Shown here: one piece after another, positions 30,689 to 40,025 of the stretch | How the letters are laid out: each line of letters opens with the position of its first letter | How positions within the stretch are numbered: position 1 is the first letter of the stretch | NCBI GenBank assembly: GCA_965116765.1 | Contig: OZ220718.1 | Span: 1,391,672 to 1,455,671, forward strand | DNA length: 64,000 nucleotides | From: Vicinamibacterales bacterium | GTDB lineage: Bacteria; Acidobacteriota; Vicinamibacteria; Vicinamibacterales; UBA8438 | Reading direction: 5' to 3' | Made by a program: the position numbers and the translations under genes | Notes under the pieces: generated by a model | Databases searched by the model: none | What the model saw: only the letters and a program-made list of their open reading frames with translations | Told to the model about the DNA's origin: nothing

Positions 30689-31702
30689 CTACCCCTCGAC
30701 CGCCATCGGCTCGTCGCGGCCGACGACCTGGGTCGCGGGGCCCAGGATCAGCGGGTCGGGGCCGGTCACCACGTCGGTGTTCTTGTCGGGATAGGGCATC
30801 TTCGAGAGGAAGTGCAGCAGGCAGGCGACGCGGGCGCGCTTCTTGTCGTCGGACTTGATGACCGTCCACGGCGCGTCGGCGGTGTCGGTGTAGAAGAACA
30901 TCGCCTCCTTGGCCTCGGTGTAGCCGTCCCACTTGTCGAGGGAGGCGAGGTCGACGGGCGAGATCTTCCACTGCTTCAGGGGGTCGGTCTGGCGGCTGCC
31001 GAAGCGGCGCGCCTGCTCCTCCCGGGAGACGGAGAACCAGTACTTGAAGAGGCGGATGCCGCTGTTGACGAGCATGCGCTCGAGCTCGGGGCACTGGCGC
31101 ATGAACTCGAGGTACTCGGAGCCGGTGCAGAAGCCCATGACCCGCTCGACCCCGGCGCGGTTGTACCAGGACCGGTCGAAGAGGACGATCTCGCCGGCCG
31201 CCGGCAGGTGCTCGATGTAGCGCTGGAAGTACCACTGGCCGCGCTCGCGCTCGGTGGGCTTCTCGAGGGCGACGACGCGGGCGCCGCGCGGGTTCAGGTG
31301 CTCCATGAACCGCTTGATGGTGCCGCCCTTGCCGGCCGCGTCGCGTCCCTCGAAGAGGACGACGACGCGGGTCCCCGACTCCTTGACCCAGCGCTGCACC
31401 TTCAGCAGCTCGGCCTGCAGGGCGGCCTTGCGCCGCTCGTAGGCGCCGCGCTTCATGCGGTCCGAGTAGGGATAGACGCCCTCCTTGAAGACGCGCCGGA
31501 TGACGTCGGGGTCGTGCATCGAGCCCACCCCGGCCACGTCGACCCGAATCGTGTCCGCGGGCCGCGCGTCGACGGCCGCGGCTCCGCTCCGGTGCGCGCG
31601 GGACTCGCGCGACTTCGACTTGTCCTTCGCCTTCTTGGCCTTCTTCGCGCGCACCTTGCCGTCGGCGCGCGAGCGCTGTCGCGGGCGGGTTTCGTCGGTC
31701 AT
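30689..31702 (-). CDS. ppk2: polyphosphate kinase 2 (single-domain PPK2)
   Basis: 337 aa. Motifs: VVVLFEGRDAAGKGGTIKRFMEHLNPRGARVVAL and FDRSWYNRAGVERVMGFCT. There is a Lys/Arg-rich N-terminal extension. Confidence 0.9.
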   Translation of the reverse strand: MTDETRPRQRSRADGKVRAKKAKKAKDKSKSRESRAHRSGAAAVDARPADTIRVDVAGVGSMHDPDVIRRVFKEGVYPYSDRMKRGAYERRKAALQAELLKVQRWVKESGTRVVVLFEGRDAAGKGGTIKRFMEHLNPRGARVVALEKPTERERGQWYFQRYIEHLPAAGEIVLFDRSWYNRAGVERVMGFCTGSEYLEFMRQCPELERMLVNSGIRLFKYWFSVSREEQARRFGSRQTDPLKQWKISPVDLASLDKWDGYTEAKEAMFFYTDTADAPWTVIKSDDKKRARVACLLHFLSKMPYPDKNTDVVTGPDPLILGPATQVVGRDEPMAVEG

Positions 31703-31802
31703 GGACTCAGGGCCGTGCTCGATATGGACCTGCCGGTCTCGCTCGTCGAGACGCCGCCGTCGATTCTCTCACCGGAATGCCGGGCGCGGCACGTGGCTCT
31801 CG

Positions 31803-32045
31803 TCAGCGTCCCCACTGCGGTCAGCCAGCGCCGCCACCGGCGCGCCGGTCAGCGTTTTCCCACTAGCGCGCCGGTCGGCGTTCCCACCGGCGCGCCGGTC
31901 AGCGTCCCCACTGGCGCGTCCGTCAGCGTTCCCACCTGCGCGCGTCGTCAGCGCCGCCAATTGCGCGTCGTCAGCGCCGCCAATTGCGCGTCCGTCAGCG
32001 CCGCCACTTGCGCGCCCCTCAGCGCCGCCACTTCCGCGTCCCGCC
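31803..32045. repeat. degenerate intergenic minisatellite, about 10 copies of a 23-28 bp unit
   Basis: Head-to-tail units of the form tcagcg(yy)cc(c/g)cca(c/a)(n)tgcgcg(y)c(c)g between the stop at 32050 and the ppk2 start at 31702. There are no unique spacers. Confidence 0.85.
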
Positions 32046-32049
32046 GGCC

Positions 32050-33015
32050 CTACTGGGTGGCCACACGCGCCGCCGCCTCCTCGAGACGCGCGTTCCGGAG
32101 GATGTTGGCGAGCCCGTAGTTCCCCTCGTGGCAGGCGTACTCGTACATCGCCTGATCGGTCTTCTTCAGCGGGAACATCACGGTCCAGGGGGCCACCCAG
32201 GTGGACGGATCGTCGGCGGTGATCTCGTAGCGGACGGTGTCGGGGCCCACCCGGGTGAACCGCTCCGTCACGCGTACCGCCCCCGTCGACCCTCGGAACC
32301 CGGCGCCGTCCCGGTAGTGGGTGGACTCGACCACCAGCGTGTCGCCCTCCCACCGCCCGCGCGCCTCGCCGTGCCACTGGGGAATGCCGGCCCGGGGCCG
32401 CCCGTCGAGGGGCACGACGCGCGCGTCGTGGATCATCTCGGACACGATGACGACCTGGTCCGGGGTCTGCAGAATCTGGTAGTTGTTGTTGTAGGCGCCC
32501 GGCAGCCGGGGGGTCCCGAAGCTGAGGCACCGCTCGGTGTTCCCGCGGTAGTCGGCCCCGTCGGCGGGATGCGCGCGACGGCGGGCCGACCGCTCGGCAT
32601 TGCGCCGCCGGGCCTCGTCGGTCAGGGCGGGAACGCGCCCGTCCGGCGGATCGACGACGAGCGAGGTGCGCAGGTCCTCGGTCAGCTCCTTGCCGTAGTC
32701 GAGCCACCACTTCGCGTGCACGCTGGGGGCGCGGTCGTAGTCGGCCTGCTCCTCGAGGGTGCGGGCGGTGAAGGCGGCGGCCTCCTCCTCGCTCATCACC
32801 GCCTTGCCGGCGAACTCGCGGGGGCGCTCGAGCGGGGTCATCGTCCGGTAGTCCCAGACCCCCTGCAGATCGGGGGCGCCCCACCCCGTCCGGGGAACCT
32901 GCCACGCCTCGTCCGCGCCGGCACCGGCCTGGGCGGCCGCCCCCGACGCCGCGAGCGCGCAGACGATCCACACCGCCGCGATCCTGAAGCCGAAGACCAG
33001 AGCGCTCGTGCGCAT
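32050..33015 (-). CDS. uncharacterised secreted protein, PWGxPDLxGxW...ACHEGNY family
   Basis: ATG at 33015 follows GGGAGAAG. Signal peptide present. Motifs: GWGAPDLQGVWDYRTMTPLERP, VVDPPDGRVPALT, GRWEGDTLVVEST, YEYACHEGNYGLANILRNARLEE. Confidence 0.8.
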   Translation of the reverse strand: MRTSALVFGFRIAAVWIVCALAASGAAAQAGAGADEAWQVPRTGWGAPDLQGVWDYRTMTPLERPREFAGKAVMSEEEAAAFTARTLEEQADYDRAPSVHAKWWLDYGKELTEDLRTSLVVDPPDGRVPALTDEARRRNAERSARRRAHPADGADYRGNTERCLSFGTPRLPGAYNNNYQILQTPDQVVIVSEMIHDARVVPLDGRPRAGIPQWHGEARGRWEGDTLVVESTHYRDGAGFRGSTGAVRVTERFTRVGPDTVRYEITADDPSTWVAPWTVMFPLKKTDQAMYEYACHEGNYGLANILRNARLEEAAARVATQ

Positions 33016-33233
33016 GTCGCTTCTCCCTGCCTCGCAAGACCGGCCCGCCCGCCGGCCCGTCCCGGAACGGACTCTCCCGGCCGGCGGCACGCCCGTGGGG
33101 CCACGTGCACGATAGCACTCCGGGTCGCCCGGAGTCACGCGCGATGGCCCCCGGCGGGTGCACGACCGGACACGAGACGCCGCCGAGAACGACGGCCGCC
33201 GCGGCTTGAACGGCGCGCGGCCGATGGCCATAG

Positions 33234-33322
33234 CCTAGCCCGCCCATCGTCGCCCTCGGCTCCGCTGGGCGCCCAACCAACCCTGCCAGGAGTCTGCACC
33301 GTTCTACGGCGCAGACTCCCAG
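33234..33322. repeat. 89-nt dispersed repeat, copy A (hairpin-containing)
   Basis: Near-identical to 62681..62769 (about 4-5 mismatches by eye). It contains the hairpin ggagtctgc-accgttctacggc-gcagactcc at 33289-33319. Confidence 0.85.
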
Positions 33323-33524
33323 GCGGACCGGTCGCGGCGAGCGCGTGCGGGAGCAATTGACAACCTCCGCCAGTACGCACAGACTGGCGTTGCTTCTGCA
33401 AGCTGCGGAGCTCTCGACGCAGAAACCGGGTGCTCGACGTGAGCGTCGGCTCCGGCCGGGCGGTCGCGTCGCCGCCCGAACGCGGTCAGGCGTCGCGACG
33501 GACTATCGGATTCGAGGACCAACG

Positions 33525-34318
33525 ATGGTGAACAGCGAAGGACGAAGAATCGCAGGATGGAAGGCCGGCGCGCTCGGCCTGATCGCCGCCCTGGCGACCG
33601 CGCCGGCCGCGGCCCAGGACCACGTGGGTCAGTACGAGCAGGCCGACATCGAGTTCGGGGCGCGCCTCTACGGCGCCAACTGCGTGCAGTGCCACGCCGA
33701 GAGCGGCGACGCCGTCGCCGGCGTCGATCTCGCCGGCGGCGTCTACAGCCGCGCCGGCTCGGACGCCGAGCTGATGGGGTTGCTGCGCGCCGGCATCCCC
33801 GGCACCGCGATGCCGCCGAACGAGTTCACGTCTTCCGAGCTCACCGGCCTCGTGTCGTACCTGCGGACGATGCGCGACTTCGACCTGAGCGCGGTGACCC
33901 TGGGCGACGAGGCGCGGGGCGAGGCGCTGTTCGCCGGCAAGGGCGCGTGCGCGTCGTGCCACCGGGTCTTCGGCGAGGGCTCGCGCGTCGCCCCGGATCT
34001 CAGTGCGATCGGCGCCGTCCGCACGGCGGCCTACCTGCAGCAGTCGCTGCTCGACCCCACCGGCTCGATGCTGCCGGTGAACCGGCCGGTGCGGGCGGTG
34101 CTCGCGGACGGCACCGTCCTCACCGGACGCCGGCTCAACGAGGACACCTACACGATCCAGATGATCGACCAGGACGAGCGCCTCCGGTCGCTCGAGAAGG
34201 CCGGCCTGCGCGAGCTGACGGCCGGCGCGGAGTCGACGATGCCGCCCGCGACGGACGCGCTAGACGACGGGAGGTGGCCGACGTGCTCGCCTACCTGCTC
34301 ACGCTGAAGGGGCTGTAG
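33525..34318 (+). pseudogene. di-haem cytochrome c, C-terminal frameshift as assembled
   Basis: ATG at 33525 follows GAGGA. Signal peptide present. Two CxxCH motifs (CVQCH, CASCH). A one-base loss in a G-run near 34268-34272 moves the conserved end EVADVLAYLLTLKGL (stop at 34316-34318) out of frame. Confidence 0.8.
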
Positions 34319-34404
34319 GCTGCGTCGCCACGACCCCAGGCGGGGGGGCGACCGGCTCGCCCGCCTCCCGCCGACGGATTCACGCTGAAGGGACTCTGAA
34401 GACC

Positions 34405-36130
34405 ATGTCGACCACGACCCCGGCCCTGCAATCGTCGTCCGACGGCGCGGTTCGCCGTCCGGCCCACCGCCCGGTGGCTTGCGCGGTTCTGTCCCGCGCA
34501 CTCCCGGCGCTGCTACTCATCGCCGCCCTGCCCGCCGGCGCGGCCGGGCAGGTCACGTTCGAGCGCCTGCTGAACGCCGACGCCGAGCCCCACAACTGGC
34601 TCACCTACTCGGGCACCTACTCGAGCAACCGCTACACCACGCTCGACCAGATCACGCCCGAGAACGTCGACCAGCTCGAGCTGGCGTGGATCTTCCAGGC
34701 CAACTCGCTCGAGCCGTTCCAGGCCACTCCCGCTCGTCGTCGACGGCATCATGTACCTGACCGAGCCCGTCAACAACGTGGTGGCGCTGGACGCGAAGCG
34801 CGGCAGCGTGTTCTGGAAGTACGAGTACACGCCGTCGCCCCTCGCGCGGCCCTGCTGCGGCGCGGTCAACCGCGGGGTGGCCATTCTCGGCGACACCCTG
34901 TTCCTCGCCACCGTCGACGGCAACCTCATCGCCGTCGACGCCATCGGCGGCGCCCCGATCTGGCAGACCACCGTGGCCGACCCCGCCGAGGGCTACGCCC
35001 TGACCCTGGCCCCCCTCGTGATCAAGGACAAGGTCATCGTCGGCGTGGCGGGCGGCGAGTTCGGCATCCGCGGCTACATCGACGCCTACGACGCCGCCAC
35101 CGGCGAGCAGGCGTGGCGCTTCTACACTATTCCCGGCCCCGGCGAGCCCGGGCACGAGACGTGGGAGAACGACGCGTGGCGCACCGGCGGCGCGTCGGCG
35201 TGGCTCACCGGCTCGTACGACCCCGACCTCGACCTGACCTACTGGGGCATCGGCAACCCCGGCCCCGACTGGAACCCGGCCCAGCGGCCCGGCGACAACC
35301 TCTATTCCGACTCGGTTGTGGCGCTGGACCCCGACACCGGCGAGCTCGAGTGGTACTTCCAGTTCACCCCGAACGACCCCTACGACTACGACTCGGTGCA
35401 GATTCCCGTGCTCGTCGACGCCCCCGACGGCGCCGGCGGCACGTTGAAGCTGATGCTCTGGGCCAACCGCAACGGCTTCTTCTACGTGCTCGACCGCGAG
35501 AACGGCCGCTTCCTCAACGGGACGGAATTCGTGCCCGTGAACTGGGCGAGCGGGCTCGACGACAGCGGCCGGCCCGTGCAGACCCCGCAGCCGCCCGGGG
35601 CCACCACGTTCCCCGGCGTGCAGGGCGGCACCAACTGGTACTCGCCGTCCTACAGCCCCGAGACCGGGCTCTTCTACGTCTCGGCGTGGGAGGCCTACGG
35701 GTCGGTGTTCGAGGCCGAGGAGGCCGAGTACCAGCCCGGCCGCGTCTTCCTCGGGGGCCGGCCCGCCAACCCCTTCGGGGCCGGGGCCAACGTGCCCAGC
35801 CTGCGGCGCGGCCACATCAACAACTGGACCGACGCGGCGGGCGGCGGCGCGGTGATCGCGATCGATCCGCGCACCGGCGAGCAGCAGTGGCGGGTGGCGA
35901 TGACCGACGTCACGAGCAGCGGCATCCTCACCAGCGCGTCGAACCTGCTGTTCACCGGCAACCGCGAGGGCGACTTCCACATCCTCGACGCCGAGACCGG
36001 CGACGTGCTGTGGCGCAAGCCCCTCGGCGGCATGATCGCCAACGGCCCGATGAGCTACATGGTCGACGGCCGCCAGTACGTGGCCCTGGCCGCGGGGCAC
36101 TCGATGTTCGTGTTCGCGCTCAAGGAATGA
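34405..36130 (+). pseudogene. PQQ-dependent alcohol dehydrogenase, methanol/ethanol family, one frameshift as assembled
   Basis: The N-terminus (NWLTYSGTYSSNRYTTLDQI...FQATP) is in ORF 34405..36273. The rest (LVVDGIMYLTEP...PCCGAVNRGVA...FQFTPNDPYDYDSVQ...) is in ORF 34751..36130. An extra C lies in a C-run near 34728-34731. The vicinal Cys-Cys is typical of type I quinoprotein ADH. Confidence 0.85.
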
Positions 36131-36544
36131 GAGCAGTCCGGGGCGCACCGACGGCGGCCCCGTATCCGGGGCCCGTCGTTCGTCTTCACGCTACGGAGGG
36201 CCGGGAGCGGGGCTATCCGTTGCCGACGGCCTTACCCTTCTCCGGCCTCGTCGTCTCGGCACCATTTGCGTAAAGGGCCCACCACAGTCCCATCATCTGC
36301 CAACGGTATCGCGTCCTCGCCATCCGCCGCGACGACCGGTCATTCGACGCCAGCGGGACGCGTCAGGCTCCGCTGTCGCGATCTCGCTCCTTCACCATCC
36401 GTCAGGCGGCCGATCAGCGGTGCCTGGTTGACAGCCTGCGGCGCGTCGTGCCACAGTCCTATGCGGCGGCCACAGGAGAGTTGCCCGACCCGCGCGTTGA
36501 CGGGCACGGCTCGTGACGCGCGTCCTTCGGCCGTCGGCAGACAC

Positions 36545-39217
36545 ATGATCCCGTGGCCGCGCGCCGTCGCGTTCGTCTTCCGCCTCCGGGCCCTGTTCTC
36601 GCGCCGACGCCTCGATCGGGAGGCCGAGCAGGAGATCGAGGCGCACCTCGATCTCCTCACCGCCCGCTACATCCGCGCCGGCCTGTCTCCCGCCGACGCC
36701 CGCCGGACGGCCCGCGCCAGGTTCGGCGGGGTGACCCAGATCAGGGAATCGCTCAGAGAACAGGCCGGGTTTCCGATGCTCGAATCGATCGTCCACGACG
36801 TGCGCTACGCGGTGCGGGGGCTCTTCCGGGCGAAGGGCTTCGCCGCCGTGAGCGTGCTGACGCTGGCCCTCGGCCTCGGTGCCGGCACCACCTTCTTCAC
36901 CATCGCCAGCGGGTGGGCGCTACGCTCGCTGCCGTTCGACGATCCCGACACGCTGGTCGTCCTCAGCGAGTCGCGGCCGAGACTGGGGCGTACGCGGGAG
37001 TTGGTCTCGGCCGGGAGCTTCCAGGACTGGCGGCGGGACGCCCGCCTGTTCGAGGGCGTCGCCGTCTACTCGCAGGTCCGCTTCAACGTGAACTTCGGGC
37101 AGGGTCGGCCGGAGCGGCTGCAGGGCGCGCGAGTGTCCGCCGGGCTGTTTCCGCTGCTGGGCATCGACCCGGTTCGCGGCCGGCACTTCCTGCCGGAGGA
37201 GGACCGCCCCGCGGCGCGGCGGGTGGCGCTCGTCAGCCACGGGCTGTGGCAGCGGCGCTTCGACGGCGATCCCGGCGCGCTCGGACGCACGATCGACCTC
37301 GATGACCAACCGCACGAGATCGTCGGCGTCCTGCCCGAGGACTGCCGGTTCCCGCACTTCCAGGACATCTGGACGCCGCTCCGGCTCGACCCGACCGACG
37401 AGGACCGCGGCCGGCGGCGGTTCGAAGCCATCGCGCGTTTGGCGCCGGGCGTAACCGCCGGGCGCGCGCAGGCGGACCTGGCGGCGCGCGCCGAGGACGT
37501 CGCGGCACGGTATCCCGATACCAACGAGGGATGGAGCGTCCGGGCCAGATACCTGCGCGACGAGTGGATTCCGCCGGTGACGCGGCTGGCCGCGGCCGCC
37601 CAGTTCGTGCAGGTCGGCTTCATCCTGTTGATCGTCTGCGCGAACGTCGCCAACCTGTTGCTCGCCCGCGCGTCCGCCCGCGGCTACGAGACGGTGATGA
37701 AGGGCGCGCTCGGCGCGACGCGGGGGCGCCTGGTCCGCCAGTCCGTCACCGAGGGCATCGTGCTGGCGTCGCTCGGTGGAGTGCTGGGCATCTACATGGC
37801 GACCTGGGGCGACGTGTGGATCAAGTCGCTCATCCTGGTGCCGACCCCGTACTGGGTGCAGTTCCCGTTCGATCGGACGGCCCTCGTGTTCTCTCTGCTG
37901 GCGGTGGTGGCGACGGGCGTCGGCATCAGCGTGCTGCCCGCGCTCCGCGGCTCGCGGCTCGATCTCACCCGGATGATGAAGGGGGCCGGCGGTGCCGCCG
38001 GGGCCGGCGGCGGGAAGCTGCGCCGGCTGCTGGTCGCCTCGCAGTTCGCCCTGGCCACGATTCTGCTCGCCGGTGCGCTCCTGCTGGCCAGGAGCTGGCT
38101 GACCCTCGACCATGCGGAGAGCGGCTACGCGACGGACGGCATCGTGACGATGCGGGTATCGCTGACCGGCGCCGCCTACGAAGACCCCCGCCAACGCCTC
38201 GCCTACCTCGACCGGGCGATCGAGCGGCTTCGGCGCGCGCGCATCGTCGAGTCGGCAGGCGCGGTGTCCGCCCTCCCGGCAAGCCGCGAGGGATTCGCGC
38301 CAACCGTCACCTTCGAGGTCGAAGGCGAGGTCGGCCGACGCGGCGAGGCGCGCATCGCGACACGGCACGTCGTGACGGCCGGGTACCTCGAGACCATGGA
38401 GATCCCGCTCGTCGAGGGGCGCCCGTTCACGGCCGCGGAGGTCGATGAAGGGAGGGACGTCGTGATCCTGAGCGACGGGCTCGCCCGTCGCATCTGGCCC
38501 GACGGCGCGCGCCTCGGCCGGCAGATCCGGCTCACCGCCGGCGACGCGGGACAGGCACCCGGCCCGTGGCTGACGGTGGTGGGGATCACCCGAGACGTCA
38601 TGCCGCCGGCACAGGTCCTCGGGCTCGACACGGTGCCGGCGGACCAGCTCTACCTGCCCTACGGGGCTCGGCCCACCCCGCTCATGACGCTGGCGCTCCG
38701 CACCCGTTCCGACGCGGTCGGGGCCGTCGCCCCCCTGCGAGCCGAGCTGCAGGCGGTGGACGAGACCGTCCCCGTCTACAACGAGCTGACCATGCCGCAG
38801 GTGCTGGAGGTCGTGCACTGGGTGCCGCGCCTGTGGAGCCAGACGTTCTCGGTGTTCGGCGTGCTCGCGGTCCTGATGTCGGCCATGGGCGTCTACGCCG
38901 TGACCGCCTACGAGGTCAGCCGGCGGCGGCGGGAGATCGGCGTCCGGATGGCGCTCGGCGAGCCGCCGGGACGCATCCTCGGATCCGTGCTACGGGACGC
39001 GGGGCGGTCCTGCGTGATCGGAGTCGCCGTCGGGCTGGCGGTAGCGGTGCCGCTCGCGCACCTCTTGGCTCGACTACTCGTCGACGTGCATCCGAACGAC
39101 GTCGTCGTCTTCGCGGGCGTCGCCCTGCTGCTCATGGCCGCCGCCGTGTTCGCGGCGGGCGTCCCGGCCCACCGCGCCGCGCATGTCGACCCGATGATCA
39201 CGCTCCGCGCGGAGTAA
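36545..39217 (+). CDS. ADOP-family duplicated FtsX/MacB-like ABC permease
   Basis: 890 aa from the ATG at 36545. The N-terminus, FRLRALFSRRRLDREAEQEIEAHLDLLTARYIRAGLSPADARRTARARFGGVTQIRE, is characteristic. There are two MacB-periplasmic plus FtsX halves. Confidence 0.85.
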   Translation: MIPWPRAVAFVFRLRALFSRRRLDREAEQEIEAHLDLLTARYIRAGLSPADARRTARARFGGVTQIRESLREQAGFPMLESIVHDVRYAVRGLFRAKGFAAVSVLTLALGLGAGTTFFTIASGWALRSLPFDDPDTLVVLSESRPRLGRTRELVSAGSFQDWRRDARLFEGVAVYSQVRFNVNFGQGRPERLQGARVSAGLFPLLGIDPVRGRHFLPEEDRPAARRVALVSHGLWQRRFDGDPGALGRTIDLDDQPHEIVGVLPEDCRFPHFQDIWTPLRLDPTDEDRGRRRFEAIARLAPGVTAGRAQADLAARAEDVAARYPDTNEGWSVRARYLRDEWIPPVTRLAAAAQFVQVGFILLIVCANVANLLLARASARGYETVMKGALGATRGRLVRQSVTEGIVLASLGGVLGIYMATWGDVWIKSLILVPTPYWVQFPFDRTALVFSLLAVVATGVGISVLPALRGSRLDLTRMMKGAGGAAGAGGGKLRRLLVASQFALATILLAGALLLARSWLTLDHAESGYATDGIVTMRVSLTGAAYEDPRQRLAYLDRAIERLRRARIVESAGAVSALPASREGFAPTVTFEVEGEVGRRGEARIATRHVVTAGYLETMEIPLVEGRPFTAAEVDEGRDVVILSDGLARRIWPDGARLGRQIRLTAGDAGQAPGPWLTVVGITRDVMPPAQVLGLDTVPADQLYLPYGARPTPLMTLALRTRSDAVGAVAPLRAELQAVDETVPVYNELTMPQVLEVVHWVPRLWSQTFSVFGVLAVLMSAMGVYAVTAYEVSRRRREIGVRMALGEPPGRILGSVLRDAGRSCVIGVAVGLAVAVPLAHLLARLLVDVHPNDVVVFAGVALLLMAAAVFAAGVPAHRAAHVDPMITLRAE

Positions 39218-39257
39218 CGGACGCCTTCACCCGCCGCCCGGGTTTCATTCCGGCGAA

Positions 39258-39806
39258 TCAGGGAAGCAGATTGTCGACGACGATGGCCGCGCCGGGACGG
39301 TCGAGGGGAGCGACCGTCTCACCGGCCCGGTGGATCGAGACAGATCGATAGCCGTCGGCAGCCGGGTCGCGGTAGATCTCCAGACGTCGCTCCGGCAGGG
39401 CGAGGATCCAGTACTCGGGAATGCCGCAACGCGCGTAGAGGCGCTGCTTGACGGTGCGGTCGCGGTGGAGCGAGTGGTCCGACACCTCGACGACAAGCAG
39501 GGCGCTGGTCGGATGGGCGTCACGGTAGCTGCGGGCATCGCCCGCGACGACGGCCACGTCCGGTTCCGGTTCCGAGTCTTCACCAGCGGCGAGGGGGCCC
39601 TGCGTCCGTACTCGATACCCGGCGCCGAAGGCGGCCCGCAGGGCGTCGACGACGAGCTCGATACCCGTGAAGTGCTCGCTCCCCTGCGGCCCCATGGCGA
39701 GAATCGCCCCTTCGATGAGCTCCAGCCGCGCGTCGGGGCCGAAGACGCCGGCCTCGACGGCGCGGTCGTACTCGGCGCGGCTCCAGCGGTGTTGGGAAAC
39801 GGTCAT
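39258..39806 (-). CDS. Uma2-family (DUF820) endonuclease
   Basis: Motifs: WSRAEYDRAVEAGVFGPDARLELIEGAILAMGPQGSEH...PDVAVV...ALLVVEVSDHSLHRDRTVKQRLYARCGIPEYWIL. The start was chosen at the ATG at 39806 (alternative at 39830). Confidence 0.8.
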   Translation of the reverse strand: MTVSQHRWSRAEYDRAVEAGVFGPDARLELIEGAILAMGPQGSEHFTGIELVVDALRAAFGAGYRVRTQGPLAAGEDSEPEPDVAVVAGDARSYRDAHPTSALLVVEVSDHSLHRDRTVKQRLYARCGIPEYWILALPERRLEIYRDPAADGYRSVSIHRAGETVAPLDRPGAAIVVDNLLP

Positions 39807-40025
39807 CGTTTCGGACACGGCGCACCGCATCGTACCACTGTCCGCCCCGGCGGACACTTGCACGTGCCAAGGCAGCAGGAGTCGCCCGATCGATCGCGGG
39901 CCGAAACCCCGTCGACCGACAATCCGAGACCCGCCAGGCTCGCGGCCGCCACCTCGCCGCCGCGGCGCAAGCACGCACCGCCTGCAATCCGCGTTAGCGC
40001 CAACGTCACGGCCGCTGCGCGGTCG

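Noticed and set aside
31803-32045. Possible CRISPR array
   Set aside because: The repeat units are contiguous with no unique spacers, they vary in length and sequence, and no cas genes are nearby. It is a minisatellite, not CRISPR.
36156-36173. Terminator hairpin after the PQQ-ADH gene
   Set aside because: It has only a 6-bp GC stem (ggcccc/ggggcc) with a 6-nt loop and a weak T-containing tail. That is too weak to call.
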